64,000 bases of DNA from an uncultured Lachnospiraceae bacterium (GTDB lineage Bacteria; Bacillota; Clostridia; Christensenellales; UBA1242). Location: assembly GCA_964437615.1 (NCBI GenBank), contig CAYTHL010000001.1, forward strand, positions 11,081-75,080. The letters are read 5' to 3'. Positions 56,706 through 64,000 of this stretch are shown in pieces (positions within the stretch are counted from its first letter, which is position 1; each line of letters opens with the position of its first letter). Position numbers and translations under genes: made by a program. The notes under the pieces were generated by a model. That model was not told the DNA's origin, did no database searches, and worked only from the letters and a program-made list of their open reading frames with translations.

Positions 56706-57443
56706 ATGCAAAACTATAAATTACAAGTTATGTACAATGGCAAAAATTATAGCGGCTGGCAAATTCAAGACGGAAAATCTACCATAGAGGGCTGCTTAAC
56801 CCGGGCCATAAAGGATTTTAGCGGCCAAGATGTGGTTGTTGTTGGCAGCGGCAGAACTGACGCCGGTGTTAGCGCCTTTGCGCAAGTGGCAAATGTAAAA
56901 TTGCAAAAACAAATGCCCGAGCAAAAGTTGATGCACGCCATAAATAGCCACTTGCCGGCAGATATTAGGGTTACGGGAGTACAAAAGGTTGACGGCAACT
57001 TTAATGCCAGATTTAGTGCAAAAGTAAAAACTTATCATTATTATTTTTATACAAGCCTTGTAAACCAGCCTCTTTTAGATGCATTTGCACTAAAAACACG
57101 GCAAAATTTAGACATAAAAAGTATCAAAAAAGCCTGCAAATACTTAGTTGGTACCAAAAATTTTAAAAGTTTTGTTGCGGCACGCAGTGGGAAAACCAAT
57201 TTCGAAAGAACAATAACTAGCGCCAAAATTCAAAAAGTTGGCAAAAACTTGTATAGACTATCAATTAGCGGCACAGGTTTTTTGTACAACATGGTGCGCA
57301 TTATTATGGGTACGCTAATTATGGTGGGCGAGGGCAAACGAACCCCTGCCGATTTTAAAGCAATAATCGCCGCACAAGACCGCACTAAAGCTGGCAAAAC
57401 TGTTCCCCCAACCGGCTTAATTCTCTATAACGTGAAATACTAA
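56706..57443 (+). CDS. truA: tRNA pseudouridine(38-40) synthase
   Basis: GWQIQ and GSGRTDAGVSA (catalytic Asp). 245 aa. Confidence 0.92.
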   Translation: MQNYKLQVMYNGKNYSGWQIQDGKSTIEGCLTRAIKDFSGQDVVVVGSGRTDAGVSAFAQVANVKLQKQMPEQKLMHAINSHLPADIRVTGVQKVDGNFNARFSAKVKTYHYYFYTSLVNQPLLDAFALKTRQNLDIKSIKKACKYLVGTKNFKSFVAARSGKTNFERTITSAKIQKVGKNLYRLSISGTGFLYNMVRIIMGTLIMVGEGKRTPADFKAIIAAQDRTKAGKTVPPTGLILYNVKY

Positions 57444-57514
57444 CAATAAATAGCCTAAATGTAAATTTAAGCTATAAAACGACCATTTTAGACAAATAAC
57501 ATTAATTTAGAGAT

Positions 57515-57568
57515 TTAATATTTCTTTAATGCTTTGGCAAGCTGGTCAGAGCAGTCGTCAAAATTGTG
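57515..57568 (-). pseudogene. relic of the 3' end of a second, diverged TSCPD gene
   Basis: Minus-strand translation gives (stop)PKHNFDDCSDQLAKALKKY(stop). The intact neighbour ends ...CRNGTSCPDQLAKALKKYLGK. The shared codons differ mostly at synonymous positions (GAC/GAT, CAG/CAA, CTT/TTA, GCC/GCA). No start codon and only 17 codons are open. Confidence 0.6.
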
Positions 57569-57630
57569 CTTTGGTTAGCCCACATAAAAAATATTTTATG
57601 TGAGCTTATTTTTAGCGCAATTTTTCCTCT

Positions 57631-57661
57631 CCCCATAGGTTTTTGTTAAAAACCTATGGGG
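57631..57661. repeat. perfect 14-bp inverted repeat (hairpin) in the truA/TSCPD intergenic region
   Basis: CCCCATAGGTTTTT-GTT-AAAAACCTATGGGG. No flanking U-tract on either strand, so it is not a canonical terminator. Confidence 0.6.
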
Positions 57662-57672
57662 GCCCCAAAGGT

Positions 57673-57687
57673 GGCACAAGCTGCCCC
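57673..57687. repeat. 15-nt inverted copy of TSCPD coding sequence
   Basis: GGCACAAGCTGCCCC is the exact reverse complement of 57760-57774 inside the TSCPD gene (codons for GTSCP). Confidence 0.7.
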
Positions 57688-57717
57688 ATTAAAGATTATC
57701 AAAAACTATATTTATAT

Positions 57718-57960
57718 TTATTTGCCTAAATATTTCTTCAATGCTTTTGCTAATTGATCGGGGCAGCTTGTGCCGTTGCGGCAAGGTATGCCCTCTAGTA
57801 ATTCAATAACTTCGGTTATAGGTCTGCCTTCGGCAAGTTTAGCCACGCCAAGTGTGTTGCCGGGGCAGCCGCCCCAAAACTTTATGTTGCATACTTTATC
57901 CCCGTCTATATCAAATGTAATCTGACGGCAACATGTGCCAGTTGTTATAAATGTTTCCAT
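57718..57960 (-). CDS. TSCPD-domain protein (TIGR03905-like, 80 aa, Cys-rich)
   Basis: METFITTGTCCRQITFDIDGDKVCNIKFWGGCPGNTLGVAKL...IPCRNGTSCPDQLAKAL, the typical small stand-alone TSCPD pattern. Confidence 0.8.
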   Translation of the reverse strand: METFITTGTCCRQITFDIDGDKVCNIKFWGGCPGNTLGVAKLAEGRPITEVIELLEGIPCRNGTSCPDQLAKALKKYLGK

Positions 57961-58073
57961 GTTTTTTATCCTTTAAGTTGTTTTTATTGCCAAAAGTTTG
58001 CAAAATTTTTTACGGTGCATTTGCTAAATAATTTCGAATTTTTTGCCAAAAGTTTTTAATAGCACATTTTTGG

Positions 58074-58604
58074 CTATTCTTCTATTAGTATATTATAAAT
58101 TGCCGCATACACATCGCTTGCTTTATCTAGCCAGCGCTTGTAAATTTGTTTTGCCACCGCTCGGTTTGGCGCGTTTAATTTAAGTTCTAGTTTTGTGCCA
58201 AGTGGCTCGGTTATTTTTAAAAGCACAGTGTAGCTACCATCGGCATTTTTGTAGTAATCCCTAAAATATTCTTGCCGGCGCCTAAAGTTTAGTCGATTTT
58301 CTTTTACAAAATTGGTTATTTCATCTCGCAAACTTGTTGGAATTTTGGCAAAAAAGTAACTGAGGCAGTTTCTGCCGTCGTTGGTTATGGTGTAGTACTT
58401 TACACCAGACTGATTTGTGCTTTCTACAATAAACCCGGTGTCCAAAAGGTCGGCCATAATTTCCTTGCAAGTAATGTAGCTTATCCAATTATTGCGGCTG
58501 CAACACATTTCGGTTATCGAGGCGTCTGTTAGCGGCATTTCCATATTCTCAAAAACATAAAGCATAACAAGTTTGCTAATAGTGGTGTTGTTTGCTGTAT
58601 CCAT
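58074..58604 (-). CDS. DUF4364-family protein (predicted winged-helix regulator)
   Basis: Start set to ATG 58604 (GGGAGGGG RBS; MDTANNTTISKLVMLYVFENMEMPLTD...). The track's upstream extension lacks an RBS. Size (176 aa) and sequence resemble clostridial DUF4364 proteins. Confidence 0.65.
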   Translation of the reverse strand: MDTANNTTISKLVMLYVFENMEMPLTDASITEMCCSRNNWISYITCKEIMADLLDTGFIVESTNQSGVKYYTITNDGRNCLSYFFAKIPTSLRDEITNFVKENRLNFRRRQEYFRDYYKNADGSYTVLLKITEPLGTKLELKLNAPNRAVAKQIYKRWLDKASDVYAAIYNILIEE

Positions 58605-58720
58605 GCGCCCCTCCCTTTTTGTGTCCGTGGCTAGTATAACATAGAGTTTATAAAAAGTGAATAACTTTTTTAAATTTTTTGCAAAAAATGCAAAATTTTG
58701 GCTAAAACACCACAAAATGA

Positions 58721-58749
58721 TTGAGATTTTGCTTCCAGTGTGCTAATAT
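58721..58749 (+). promoter_or_regulatory. sigma-A promoter of the hyp-hyp-Rrf2 transcription unit
   Basis: TTGAGA (58721-58726), 17 nt, extended -10 TGCTAATAT (58741-58749). Confidence 0.55.
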
Positions 58750-58774
58750 GTTTACTACTTATGGGAGCCACAAA

Positions 58775-59491
58775 ATGAAAATATCTAAACAAGATATACA
58801 AATTTTTACCGACGCCTGCGACAACATGGTTAGCAGCAAGTTTATATTAGTAGACAAGCGTATTGGTGATATTTTAAAGGCAATTGCGCAATGCAAGCCA
58901 GTATACAACACCATAGCCAAATGCGTAATCAACTTCAATTTTGATGCCGAATGGAAAATTGCCACGGCAAAATTGGGTGATTTTAGACTGCCAGAGGACG
59001 CCAAAAGAATAGTCGCCCTAGTATTTTTTATGCTAAACAGCATAGATAGCGGTAAAATTAACATTAGCAACCTGCTAATGCAACATTTTAGCAAGGACGA
59101 AGACAAGCGCAGTAGTTACACCGTCTTTTGCGAAAAGATTATTTTACCCTTTAAAAATTGCATTGTAAATGCACTTTGTCCCGAAAGTAAGCCAGCAAAA
59201 CTAAAAGAAACGGCGGCGGATGCCGAGCGGTTAGCCGCAGTGCCAGCCGATGTTATAAATAGGCTAGACTTTTTGGCAAAGGATATAAAAGAATATGCCC
59301 TAGGTGCAAAAAAAATAAAGGGCTGCAAAGTGTCAAAACCAACTTATATGCAACTTTTAGAGTGTCTAATATTTGCAGTTAAGTTGGCAAACCTTGTGCA
59401 AGTACGCTTGCTAGCCAGCAGTTTGGTAGAGCTAAGCGGCAAAGATAAGGAATTAATTAGCCGCCTTAGTGGTATACTAGAAATAGTTTAA
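58775..59491 (+). CDS. hypothetical protein (238 aa, soluble, several Cys)
   Basis: Start at ATG 58775 (GGGAG RBS). The track start at 58721 overlaps the promoter. No motif recognised. Confidence 0.6.
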   Translation: MKISKQDIQIFTDACDNMVSSKFILVDKRIGDILKAIAQCKPVYNTIAKCVINFNFDAEWKIATAKLGDFRLPEDAKRIVALVFFMLNSIDSGKINISNLLMQHFSKDEDKRSSYTVFCEKIILPFKNCIVNALCPESKPAKLKETAADAERLAAVPADVINRLDFLAKDIKEYALGAKKIKGCKVSKPTYMQLLECLIFAVKLANLVQVRLLASSLVELSGKDKELISRLSGILEIV

Positions 59492-59534
59492 AAAATTAGT
59501 TAAATTGCCAAAATTTGCAATAAAGGAGCAAAAT

Positions 59535-59894
59535 ATGACAGATTTAGAATTAATTAAGCAAATTGATGCCGTTATAGAGCAGTACACTAAATATTGGGCA
59601 GAAGATCTTAAAAAACTTTATGACAAATATGGCGATAAACTAGAAACCGAAAAGGGCGAAAAGCCGCTTAAAAAGCTTACAAAAAAGTATTCGCCAATAT
59701 TTGCAGACTTGCTTTTTGAGCGTGAAGACGTGTACAACCGAATTGTTGCTGCAAGCGAAGCCGAGTTTATGGACGAGTTTAAGCCAAAGGTAGACCAAGA
59801 AAAGGTTGGTGCAAGCAAACCACAAATTAAAACAATGCAACAAATTAGCGACGAAATTTATCAAAAAATTACGCCAAAAGACGGCGAAGAATAG
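59535..59894 (+). CDS. hypothetical protein (119 aa, Lys/Glu-rich, helical)
   Basis: Start at ATG 59535 (AAAGGAG RBS). The stop lies 9 nt before the Rrf2 start. Confidence 0.55.
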   Translation: MTDLELIKQIDAVIEQYTKYWAEDLKKLYDKYGDKLETEKGEKPLKKLTKKYSPIFADLLFEREDVYNRIVAASEAEFMDEFKPKVDQEKVGASKPQIKTMQQISDEIYQKITPKDGEE

Positions 59895-59903
59895 GCAAAA
59901 ATT

Positions 59904-60317
59904 ATGGAAATTAAATCTAAGGGGCGCTATGCGGTGCGCGTAATGGCAGATATTGCTAGGCATAAACAAGATGCCGAGTTTGTTTCGGTTGCAGACATTG
60001 CGGCAAGGCAAGACATATCTGTAAAATATTTAGAGCATATTATTGCCCAGCTTGTTGGGGCGGGGCTACTTATTAGCCAAAGGGGCAAACTTGGCGGCTA
60101 TAAACTATCTAAATTACCCAAAGAATATACCATTATGGAGATACTAAAATGCACGGGTGAGCGCGTGCAAATTTCTAATTGTGACAAGCGTCCAGACTGT
60201 CCGCACGTCGGCAAGTGCGACACCCAAGGCGTTTGGGGCGCCCTAGACAGCCTAATTAGCGACTATCTAAGCCGCGTCACCCTGCAAGACCTGCTAGACC
60301 GAACTTACAACAAGTAA
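59904..60317 (+). CDS. Rrf2-family transcriptional regulator (IscR/CymR-like, with a Cys cluster)
   Basis: MEIKSKGRYAVRVMADIA...VSVADIAARQDISVKYLEHIIAQLVGAGLLISQRGKLGGYKL. Cys triad in CDKRPDCPHVGKC. Confidence 0.88.
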   Translation: MEIKSKGRYAVRVMADIARHKQDAEFVSVADIAARQDISVKYLEHIIAQLVGAGLLISQRGKLGGYKLSKLPKEYTIMEILKCTGERVQISNCDKRPDCPHVGKCDTQGVWGALDSLISDYLSRVTLQDLLDRTYNK

Positions 60318-60340
60318 TTTTAAATTTTTTATAAAAGTGG

Positions 60341-60396
60341 TTGACAAGGCGTAAAATGTGGAATATAATAAAATCCTACTGTGGTGGTAGGATTTT
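60341..60396 (+). promoter_or_regulatory. nifS promoter with an abutting 10-7-10 inverted repeat (candidate Rrf2 operator or 5' hairpin)
   Basis: TTGACA (60341-60346), 17 nt, TATAAT (60364-60369). Immediately after comes AAAATCCTAC-TGTGGTG-GTAGGATTTT (60370-60396), followed by ATTTT. Confidence 0.55.
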
Positions 60397-60450
60397 ATTT
60401 TGTAGATATTATTTGTCTGCAAAATGTACATACTAAAAAAGGAGCAAATA

Positions 60451-61635
60451 ATGATATATTTAGATAACGCAGGCACAACAAAGCCTAGCGAAAAAGCCAT
60501 AGAGGCAATGGTTAAGTGCCAAACAGAGTTTTTTGGTAATCCTAGCAGTTTGCACACAGCGGGGCAGAAAGCAAAGGAAGTGCTAGAAGACGCCAGAGCA
60601 AAAATAGCAAGCTGTTTGGGTGCTGATGTCGGAGAAATTTACTTTACGGCAGGCGGTAGCGAAAGTGACAACTGGGCAATCAATTCGGCTGCCGAGTTTG
60701 GTGCAAGAATGGGTAAAAAACACATTATTACTAGCAGTTTTGAGCATCACGCCGTGCTGCACACCCTAAAAAAGTTAGAAAAAAACGGCTTTCAAGTTAC
60801 ATATTTGCCAGTGCATGAAGACGGCATTGTGCAAATAGACGAGCTTAAGGCGGCGCTTAGGCCAGACACATGCCTAGTTACAATAATGCACGCCAACAAC
60901 GAAATTGGAACAATTCAGCCAATAAGTCAAATTGCCCAAATTTGCAGAGAGCATAAGGTGCTGTTTTTTAGCGATTGCGTGCAGACGGTGGGGCAGCTGC
61001 CTATAAATGTGCATGAGCTTGGCATAGATATGATTAGCTTTTCTGGCCATAAATTTCACGGCCCTAAGGGTGTAGGTGGATTATATTGCCGCCGTGGCGT
61101 TCCGCTACTATCATTTATAGAGGGCGGCGCGCAAGAAAAAGGTCGCAGAGCAGGTACCGAAAACTTGCCAGCAATTGTGGGCATGTCGGTAGCCTTAGAA
61201 GAAGCGGTAAGCCTTATGGACAAAACGGCTAAACACGAAACCAAACTAAGAGATAAACTTATAAAAGGGCTTAGCAAAATTCCTCATAGTGCCTTAAACG
61301 GCAGCGCCACAAATAGGCTTCCAAACAACTTTAATATGTGTTTTGAGGGCATAGAGGGCGAAAGTCTGCTGCTATTACTAGACGACAAAGGTATTTGCGC
61401 GTCTAGCGGAAGCGCTTGCACTTCGGGTTCGCTAGACCCAAGCCATGTTCTGCTTGCTATTGGCAGACCGCACGATGTTGCACACGGTTCGTTAAGGCTT
61501 ACGCTTAGCAGGTTTACAACCGAAGCCGAAATTGACGCCGTTATAAAGGCTGTGCCAGAGATTGTGGACTATTTGCGAAAAATGTCGCCAGTTTGGGATG
61601 CCCTTGTAAAAGGCAAAAAAGAGTTTATGCTCTAA
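60451..61635 (+). CDS. nifS: cysteine desulfurase (NifS/IscS type, PLP-dependent)
   Basis: Start at ATG 60451 (GGAG RBS; MIYLDNAGTT). SFSGHKFHGPKG (PLP Lys). Active-site loop SSGSACTSG. Confidence 0.92.
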   Translation: MIYLDNAGTTKPSEKAIEAMVKCQTEFFGNPSSLHTAGQKAKEVLEDARAKIASCLGADVGEIYFTAGGSESDNWAINSAAEFGARMGKKHIITSSFEHHAVLHTLKKLEKNGFQVTYLPVHEDGIVQIDELKAALRPDTCLVTIMHANNEIGTIQPISQIAQICREHKVLFFSDCVQTVGQLPINVHELGIDMISFSGHKFHGPKGVGGLYCRRGVPLLSFIEGGAQEKGRRAGTENLPAIVGMSVALEEAVSLMDKTAKHETKLRDKLIKGLSKIPHSALNGSATNRLPNNFNMCFEGIEGESLLLLLDDKGICASSGSACTSGSLDPSHVLLAIGRPHDVAHGSLRLTLSRFTTEAEIDAVIKAVPEIVDYLRKMSPVWDALVKGKKEFML

Positions 61636-61673
61636 AATAAAAAATTGGGGCTAAAAGCCCAAAGGAGAAAGAT

Positions 61674-62117
61674 ATGTTATATAGCGAAAAGGTTATGGAC
61701 CATTTTAGAAACCCACGCAATGTGGGCGAGATTGCCGACGCCGACGGAATTGGCGAGGTTGGCAATGCCAAGTGTGGAGATATTATGCGTGTGTACATTA
61801 AAGTAAAGGACGGCATAATAGAAGATGTAAAGTTTATGACATTTGGCTGTGGCAGTGCAATAGCCACCAGCAGCATGGCAACCGAACTTATAAAAGGCAA
61901 GCCAGTAAGCGAGGCGCTAGATTTAACTAATCAAGCCGTGGTGGAGGCGCTAGGCGGGCTACCTGCCTATAAACTGCACTGTTCGGTGCTAGCTGAAGAA
62001 GCGGTTAAGGCAGCCATAGTAGATTACTACAACAAAAACAATATTCCTTATGACAAACAGAAATATTGCGCTGGCGACTGTCCTTGCATCCACGAGCATG
62101 ACAAAACAGAAGACTAA
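61674..62117 (+). CDS. nifU: Fe-S cluster assembly scaffold (NifU N-terminal/IscU type)
   Basis: YSEKVMDHFRNPRNVG, GNAKCGD, FGCGSAIA, LHCSVLA (three conserved Cys). An extra Cys-rich tail reads CAGDCPC. Confidence 0.9.
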   Translation: MLYSEKVMDHFRNPRNVGEIADADGIGEVGNAKCGDIMRVYIKVKDGIIEDVKFMTFGCGSAIATSSMATELIKGKPVSEALDLTNQAVVEALGGLPAYKLHCSVLAEEAVKAAIVDYYNKNNIPYDKQKYCAGDCPCIHEHDKTED

Positions 62118-62193
62118 TTTACATTGCAATGCAAACAAAAATATAAAGATTGGCAAAAATTTAAAAAGTTTTGCTAATCTTTTTTTGCGAGCG

Positions 62194-63345
62194 CTAGTAT
62201 AGGTCGGTAAAGCGGTGCTTGCCGGTGGCGTCTTTGTAACTAATTATTGTGGACAAGTTGACATTTTCTACGCTTTTAAAAATATTGTCTTCTATTTGCG
62301 GGTCTTCCTTGGCAATGCTAGCAATTATTCCCTTAACTTTTTTGCGTTTAGAGCCAGCATAGTCTATATTGCAGCCGGCGTCGCTACAAGTGTTGGTAAA
62401 GCGGCAGGCACACTGGATAAAGTGCAAATTGTTGTAATCTCGCCACTTTATAATATCTTTTTCTCTAACCAAATACATTGGACGAATAAGCTCCATGCCC
62501 TCAAAATTGGTGCTTTTTAGCTTGGGCATCATGGTTTGAACCTGCCCACCATAGAGCATGCCCATTAAAATAGTTTCTATAACGTCGTCGTAGTGGTGGC
62601 CAAGAGCAATCTTATTGCAGCCCAAAATTTTTGCCTGATTATACAAATGCCCCCGTCGCATGCGTGCGCACAGATAGCATGGAGATTTTTCTACCTTAAA
62701 TACGCTGTCAAAAATGTTGGTTTCAAAAATGGTTAGCGGAATGCCCATTAGTGCGGCATTTTTCTCAATTATCTCACGATTTTCTTTGCTATAACCGGGA
62801 TCCATAACCAAAAAAACCAGCTCAAAATTAAATTTATTGTGGCGTTTTAGTTCCTGAAACAGCTTGGCCATAAGCATGGAGTCCTTGCCGCCAGAAATGC
62901 AGACGGCAACCTTGTCGCCCTGGCTGAGCAGTTGATACTCGTTTATACCTTTGCAAAACTGACTAAAAATATTTTTGTGAAAATACTTGTTCTTGCGCAG
63001 ACTGTCTTCTATTTGCGCCGTTTTGTTGCCGTTTAAGCTCTCTACCAAATGGTCTTTAAGCCACCCCGTGTAGCCACCACTAAGGCTGCGCGCAATATAT
63101 CCAGCTTCTACCAACTTTTGGGCAACGCCAATGCTCACTGTGCCGCTTTTACAACAAATAATATATTCCTTACTTTTGTTTAATTTGGCGGCGGGCTGCA
63201 GAATGTCTTTTTCTTCTATATTAATTGCCCCAGCAATATGCCCCAGCGCAAAAGCTTCGGCACTTCTTATGTCGATAATCTCGTACTTATCCTTATCTTT
63301 TTTGCCTAAGCAAGAGTAACTTATTTCTATGTTAGTATCTTCCAT
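62194..63345 (-). CDS. PP-loop ATPase of the TtcA (tRNA 2-thiocytidine) family with an N-terminal rhodanese domain
   Basis: aa 1-~100: rhodanese fold (IIDIRSAEAFALGHIAGAINI; active-site loop YIICCKSGTVS). aa ~140 onward: VAVCISGGKDS (SGGxDS), CYLCARMRRG, ALGHHYDD, and a second Cys cluster QCACRF...C..GC. Confidence 0.8.
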   Translation of the reverse strand: MEDTNIEISYSCLGKKDKDKYEIIDIRSAEAFALGHIAGAINIEEKDILQPAAKLNKSKEYIICCKSGTVSIGVAQKLVEAGYIARSLSGGYTGWLKDHLVESLNGNKTAQIEDSLRKNKYFHKNIFSQFCKGINEYQLLSQGDKVAVCISGGKDSMLMAKLFQELKRHNKFNFELVFLVMDPGYSKENREIIEKNAALMGIPLTIFETNIFDSVFKVEKSPCYLCARMRRGHLYNQAKILGCNKIALGHHYDDVIETILMGMLYGGQVQTMMPKLKSTNFEGMELIRPMYLVREKDIIKWRDYNNLHFIQCACRFTNTCSDAGCNIDYAGSKRKKVKGIIASIAKEDPQIEDNIFKSVENVNLSTIISYKDATGKHRFTDLY

Positions 63346-63519
63346 GTATTAGATATTAGCAAAAAGCTACAAAAATTTCAACAGAAAATATAAATAACTT
63401 GAAAATTTTTTGCCAAAACTTTAAATACACTTTATTTTTTACACATTTTTATACTGTATTGTATACTAATTTTGCGTAAAATACAAACTTTTCATAAATA
63501 ATACGGCTTTATTATTGCT

Positions 63520-63563
63520 AAAAACTGCAAAAACCCGCAAAAATATGTAAAAATACGTAAAAA
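63520..63563. repeat. five phased A5 tracts (10-bp period), predicted intrinsically curved DNA
   Basis: ctAAAAActgcAAAAAcccgcAAAAAtatgtAAAAAtacgtAAAAAttt, with tracts starting at 63520, 63529, 63539, 63549 and 63559. Confidence 0.7.
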
Positions 63564-63919
63564 TTTGGGGTTTACTTAAATTGGTGTGTTTTTTAATAAA
63601 TAATTAATTTTTTGCTAACTATTGTGCTTTGTTGGGTTAACAATAGCAAATTTAGTGGTGCCGTCACTAGTTGGCAATACCTTTTTTAACAAAAGTAACT
63701 TCGCTATCTTTGCCCATAGGCTTGTATTGTCCGCTTTTAGGAACTTTTTCCCCGGTTTAACAAATTTTTTTATTTTTCAACAAATTATTATCACTAGTAT
63801 TTGTTAATTGACAAAATTTAATGCAAAAAGCGCAGTTTTGATAAAAATTTATTAAAAACAGCATTATTTATAGTTTATTAAATAATATATACAAATATAT
63901 ACAAATAATTGAAATTAAT

Positions 63920-63948
63920 TTGACAAAGATTTAGTTTTGTGGGATAAT
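63920..63948 (+). promoter_or_regulatory. sigma-A promoter for a gene that starts at the window edge
   Basis: TTGACA (63920-63925), 17 nt, GATAAT (63943-63948). GGAGAA (63981-63986) is followed by TTG at 63993. The gene itself lies outside the window. Confidence 0.5.
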
Positions 63949-64000
63949 AACTTAATTATAATAATTTTAAGACTATAAATGGAGAATTGATTTTGAAGAA

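Noticed and set aside
57987-58055. 13-nt direct repeat TTGCCAAAAGTTT (57987-57999 and 58043-58055) upstream of the TSCPD gene.
   Set aside because: It could be a regulator site. However, TTGCCAAAA and TTTGCAAAA words are very frequent in intergenic DNA of this window, so I cannot separate it from compositional bias.
58605-58715. Track-suggested 37-codon 5' extension of the DUF4364 gene. The same issue applies to 22707-22784 for MATE-2, 58721-58774 for the 238-aa ORF, 59505-59534 for the 119-aa ORF, 60424-60450 for nifS, and 28949-28960 for the CPBP gene.
   Set aside because: In each case an internal ATG has a strong GGAG-type RBS at correct spacing. The extension overlaps promoter or leader elements or encodes atypical residues.
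63622-63807. 61-aa ORF in the terminal intergenic region.
   Set aside because: It has no RBS and encodes an implausible hydrophobic/Phe-rich peptide. It is kept only as part of the 'GC-richer island' observation.
1-64000. Search for CRISPR arrays, tRNA/rRNA genes, transposases, integrases, phage genes and defence-island signatures.
   Set aside because: I found no direct-repeat/spacer arrays, no cloverleaf-capable GC-rich ~75-nt islands in the intergenic regions, and no ORF with recombinase, transposase or phage-structural motifs. The window reads as core chromosome.

Overview
This 64 kb window looks like core chromosome from a moderately AT-rich, strictly anaerobic Firmicute, probably Clostridia-like. 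The anaerobe markers are pyruvate:ferredoxin oxidoreductase, class III (anaerobic) ribonucleotide reductase NrdD/NrdG, desulfoferrodoxin, WhiA, DegV, DUF4364 and a TSCPD protein. I count about 55 protein genes under the standard code with tight spacing. I found no rRNA, tRNA, CRISPR array, transposase, integrase or prophage signature. Housekeeping genes dominate: ppdK (partial), aspS-asnS behind a T-box, uvrC, murB, whiA, dnaE, valS, tadA, nrdDG, nifJ, truA and Rrf2-nifS-nifU. All family calls come from motifs I read in the translations. No homology search was run. I do not see a clear-cut new multi-gene system such as a defence island. Five things deserve a second look: (1) two divergent paralogues of a MATE exporter fused to a cytidylate-kinase-like NTP-binding domain, each behind a similar promoter / terminator-like hairpin / conserved 15-mer leader; (2) a 927-aa cytoplasmic orphan protein with a helical-repeat N-terminus, an acidic coiled-coil centre and an unknown C-terminal domain; (3) a sulfur and Fe-S neighbourhood at 57.7-63.3 kb (TSCPD, DUF4364, two unknown proteins, Rrf2, NifS, NifU, and a convergent rhodanese-TtcA fusion) with a candidate Rrf2 operator; (4) decayed relics of a second TSCPD gene beside the intact one; (5) regulatory details, namely an Asp-specifier T-box governing both aspS and asnS, twin palindromic operators at an XRE/acyltransferase divergent promoter, tandem NrdR boxes, leaderless-type promoter geometry for uvrC and the XRE gene, and five phased A-tracts.
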